64,000 nt of DNA. Origin: Eukaryota sp. GEM-RC1. Lineage: Eukaryota. Below are positions 62,301 to 64,000 of the stretch, piece after piece. Made by a program: the position numbers and the translations under genes. The stretch lies in assembly GCA_040285855.1 (NCBI GenBank), contig JAUFOQ010000013.1, positions 1,116,001 through 1,180,000 on the forward strand. Reading direction: 5' to 3'. Numbering within the stretch: the first letter of the stretch is position 1; each line of letters starts with the position of its first letter. Under the pieces are notes generated by a model, which saw only the letters and a program-made list of their open reading frames with translations, did no database searches and had not been told where the DNA came from.

Positions 62301-62638
62301 AGACTACTGGTCAATCTAAATTAGCCAATAACTCTAATCCAGGGTTTGTTGAAGTTCCATCAGTTCCTGTTAAGAAGTTACCCCCACTTCACAGTAACCT
62401 CCCTTCAACTCGTCAGTCAGTTACTATTGGTAAAGGAAAGGCTTCCGCATTGCCTTTATCTCCTTTACCTTCCACTGTTACTGATCGAAAAACTCTTCCA
62501 CCCCTGAAGAATTCACAAGCCCGCATCAAGCGTGCTTCAAGATTGGTAGGAGCTCAGAAATCATCTTTTGCTACTCCTCCTGCTGATTTTTCTAATGAAT
62601 TGCCCGGAGTAGCCGATATTCTAAATAGTTTAGAATAA
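26311..62638 (+). CDS. Giant (~12,100 aa) single-pass cell-surface protein, assembled as 10 ORFs separated by 9 single-base indels
   Basis: The only evident signal peptide is in the first ORF (MRCILFFAVLTLISIAYG) and the only evident TM helix in the last. Every junction (~28072, 31190, 33942, 35405, 38572, 44367, 52008, 57434, 61337) is repaired by +/-1 nt. The net correction of -1 gives 36327 nt = 12109 codons. Confidence 0.88.
30165..30329 (+). other. Two EGF-like (tenascin-type) modules
   Basis: CSGNGNCNSRTCSCHSGWTGNDC and CNNQGVLIEGNCWCNGNYYGSSC. Confidence 0.85.
39960..40510 (+). other. Laminin G/concanavalin A-like domain insert
   Basis: LSFAAHVR…FRHYTVVR…HFYREG…FEIDNIRVYERALSEGE…GLVGFYTFND. 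Confidence 0.7.
47330..58660 (+). repeat. 15 tandem coding repeats of 762/756 bp (254/252 aa)
   Basis: The marker ttgaaaagaagttatc recurs at 47369, 48131, 48893, 49655, 50417, 51179, 51941, 52702, 53464, 54226, 54982, 55738, 56494, 57250 and 58007. Confidence 0.98.
60241..60460 (+). other. EGF-like plus PSI-like cysteine modules
   Basis: CNWEGCHCDYGWSGHDC, then CGNHSTCETCLSFAYCGW…DC. Confidence 0.75.
61955..62032 (+). other. Transmembrane helix of the giant protein
   Basis: FLALLTVLLVALSSVLIVTFIALQFI followed by the basic stop-transfer KLRQKLK. Confidence 0.9.
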
Positions 62639-63799
62639 CTTGTACATTATTGTTTTTTCTTTCATAAAATTTGTTTTAATATTCAGTATTATGATCTCGA
62701 ATCTTGCCTCGTTTGTAGATTAGGAACAAAACCAACTGTGTTCGGTACCCAAAATGTTTCCTACAAATATTTGTAAAAACAAACAAATAATAATAAGACT
62801 AAACTTGTAAGGTTTATTAAACGAGAGAAATAGAAACGCATACTCTGATGCAGAATATGGTTTTCCATTGAGACATTTTAAACTTACGATTCTTCTATTA
62901 ACAAAGTTCGATCACCTGCAGGTAATCGATCCAAAAAGAGGAACAGCAAAAGGTTTATTCACAAATCTAATTCTTCTACTTGAGAGTCATACTTGGAGTG
63001 TTTGAGCTTTTCAGCAGCTGTTAACGGATTTAAGAAGAATCTAATATCTTACTAACAGAAGCTTTGATACAAAGACCTACTGTGGTGAAATCCATTAACT
63101 GAATCGAATTAAGCCACAGAAACCTCTTGTTTGATCTGAGCATTCATTTTCTGAAATGTGATTCAAAAACTAGGAAAATTCATTACATACTATTGACCAA
63201 ACCGTATGTTTAAGTTTAAGTCACTTCTAAAGCATGGATAGAAGTCTACGAATTGCTAAAGGTGTTACTACAATTGGTGTAGTACAATTTTGATTTTGGT
63301 AAATCATTTAAACACTGTGAAAACACGGTGTTGTTAGCATGATAAAAATGATAGAAATTGGACGACACATCAAAATGTAGCGTCAAATTATACTTGTGTT
63401 TTATGAAGACAAAGCTTCAAAAAGGTTCGATTCGAAGGAATCTTGTTTTGATGACATTGAGTATTAGATCATCTTTTTTGTATTTTCGAATAAATGACAT
63501 AATGCAAAAAAAATTCTACTTTCGAACAAAATTGCGTTCTATAATTTCAGTTCTCGTTTGAGTGCTATTGTTTTGCTTCAAACATCAATCTATCTACGCG
63601 CTCAAATTGTCCTGAACTCGCTATTAAACCAGCTAGCAAATTGAGAACTGAGTTCTCGACTGAGTGTTGAGCTGTCAGGAATCGTACACCATCAAAGTTT
63701 GTTTATTATGGAAAAGCGATGATACAACAATTTCCATTCATTAACCGTATAAGAATATTTAACACTCTATTTTGCCACTCCGTGTGTTTCCGTTTTTTT

Positions 63800-64000
63800 G
63801 GTATGGGTTTTGGTTTTCATCAATGCCTTTTAATTTATAAAACCAAAAGATTATCCTACTTTTTATGGTAATTCGTCTGATTTGGTCTACAACTCGGTTA
63901 ATCTTTCTTCATTAACCGGTGTTAAACAAGGCGATCCTCTTGGACTTTTTTTTCTTATGCCTTGCTATTCACCCCATCCTCAACTATCTTAAATCCAAGT
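63800..64000 (+). mobile_element. Decayed non-LTR retrotransposon reverse transcriptase fragment (CRE-like motifs), truncated by the window end
   Basis: FINAF (cf. DFxNAFN), then FYGNSSDLVY…SSLTGVKQGDPLG / FLCLAIHPIL across a frameshift. Confidence 0.75.

Noticed and set aside
26311..62638. Operon of ten separate genes, or introns at the ORF breaks
   Set aside because: Internal ORFs lack evident signal peptides. Each junction is repaired by one base, and none shows the GTATGT…CTRAC…AG signal seen in the Yip1 intron.

Overview
This is AT-rich eukaryotic DNA, probably from a protist, read in the standard code and carrying one 27-nt spliceosomal intron. It has four zones. (1) 1-18.9 kb is an accessory island of compact ORFan genes. 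It holds a USP-type deubiquitinase, a PIF1-family helicase, a gene with a perfect 2A/StopGo-like motif (DIELNPGP), two degenerate 2A-like copies, and a 15-bp two-letter minisatellite. A complete Ty3/gypsy retrotransposon (3630-10370) is inserted in it, with identical 102-bp LTRs, a CTAG target duplication and a chromodomain-like integrase tail. (2) 19-26 kb holds a Yip1-family gene, an ORFan, an orphan copy of a cytoplasmic tail and tRNA-Arg(TCG). (3) 26311-62638 is ten abutting ORFs that join through nine single-base indels, mostly in homopolymers, into one gene for a ~12,100-aa type I membrane protein. That protein has a signal peptide, beta-strand repeats, EGF, LamG-like, 15 x ~254-aa tandem repeats, EGF/PSI, a FRAS1/FREM-like juxtamembrane region, a TM helix and a Ser/Pro tail. 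(4) A decayed non-LTR reverse transcriptase fragment lies at the right edge. Frameshifts across the window look mostly like assembly homopolymer errors. All domain calls come from motif recognition by eye, not from searches.
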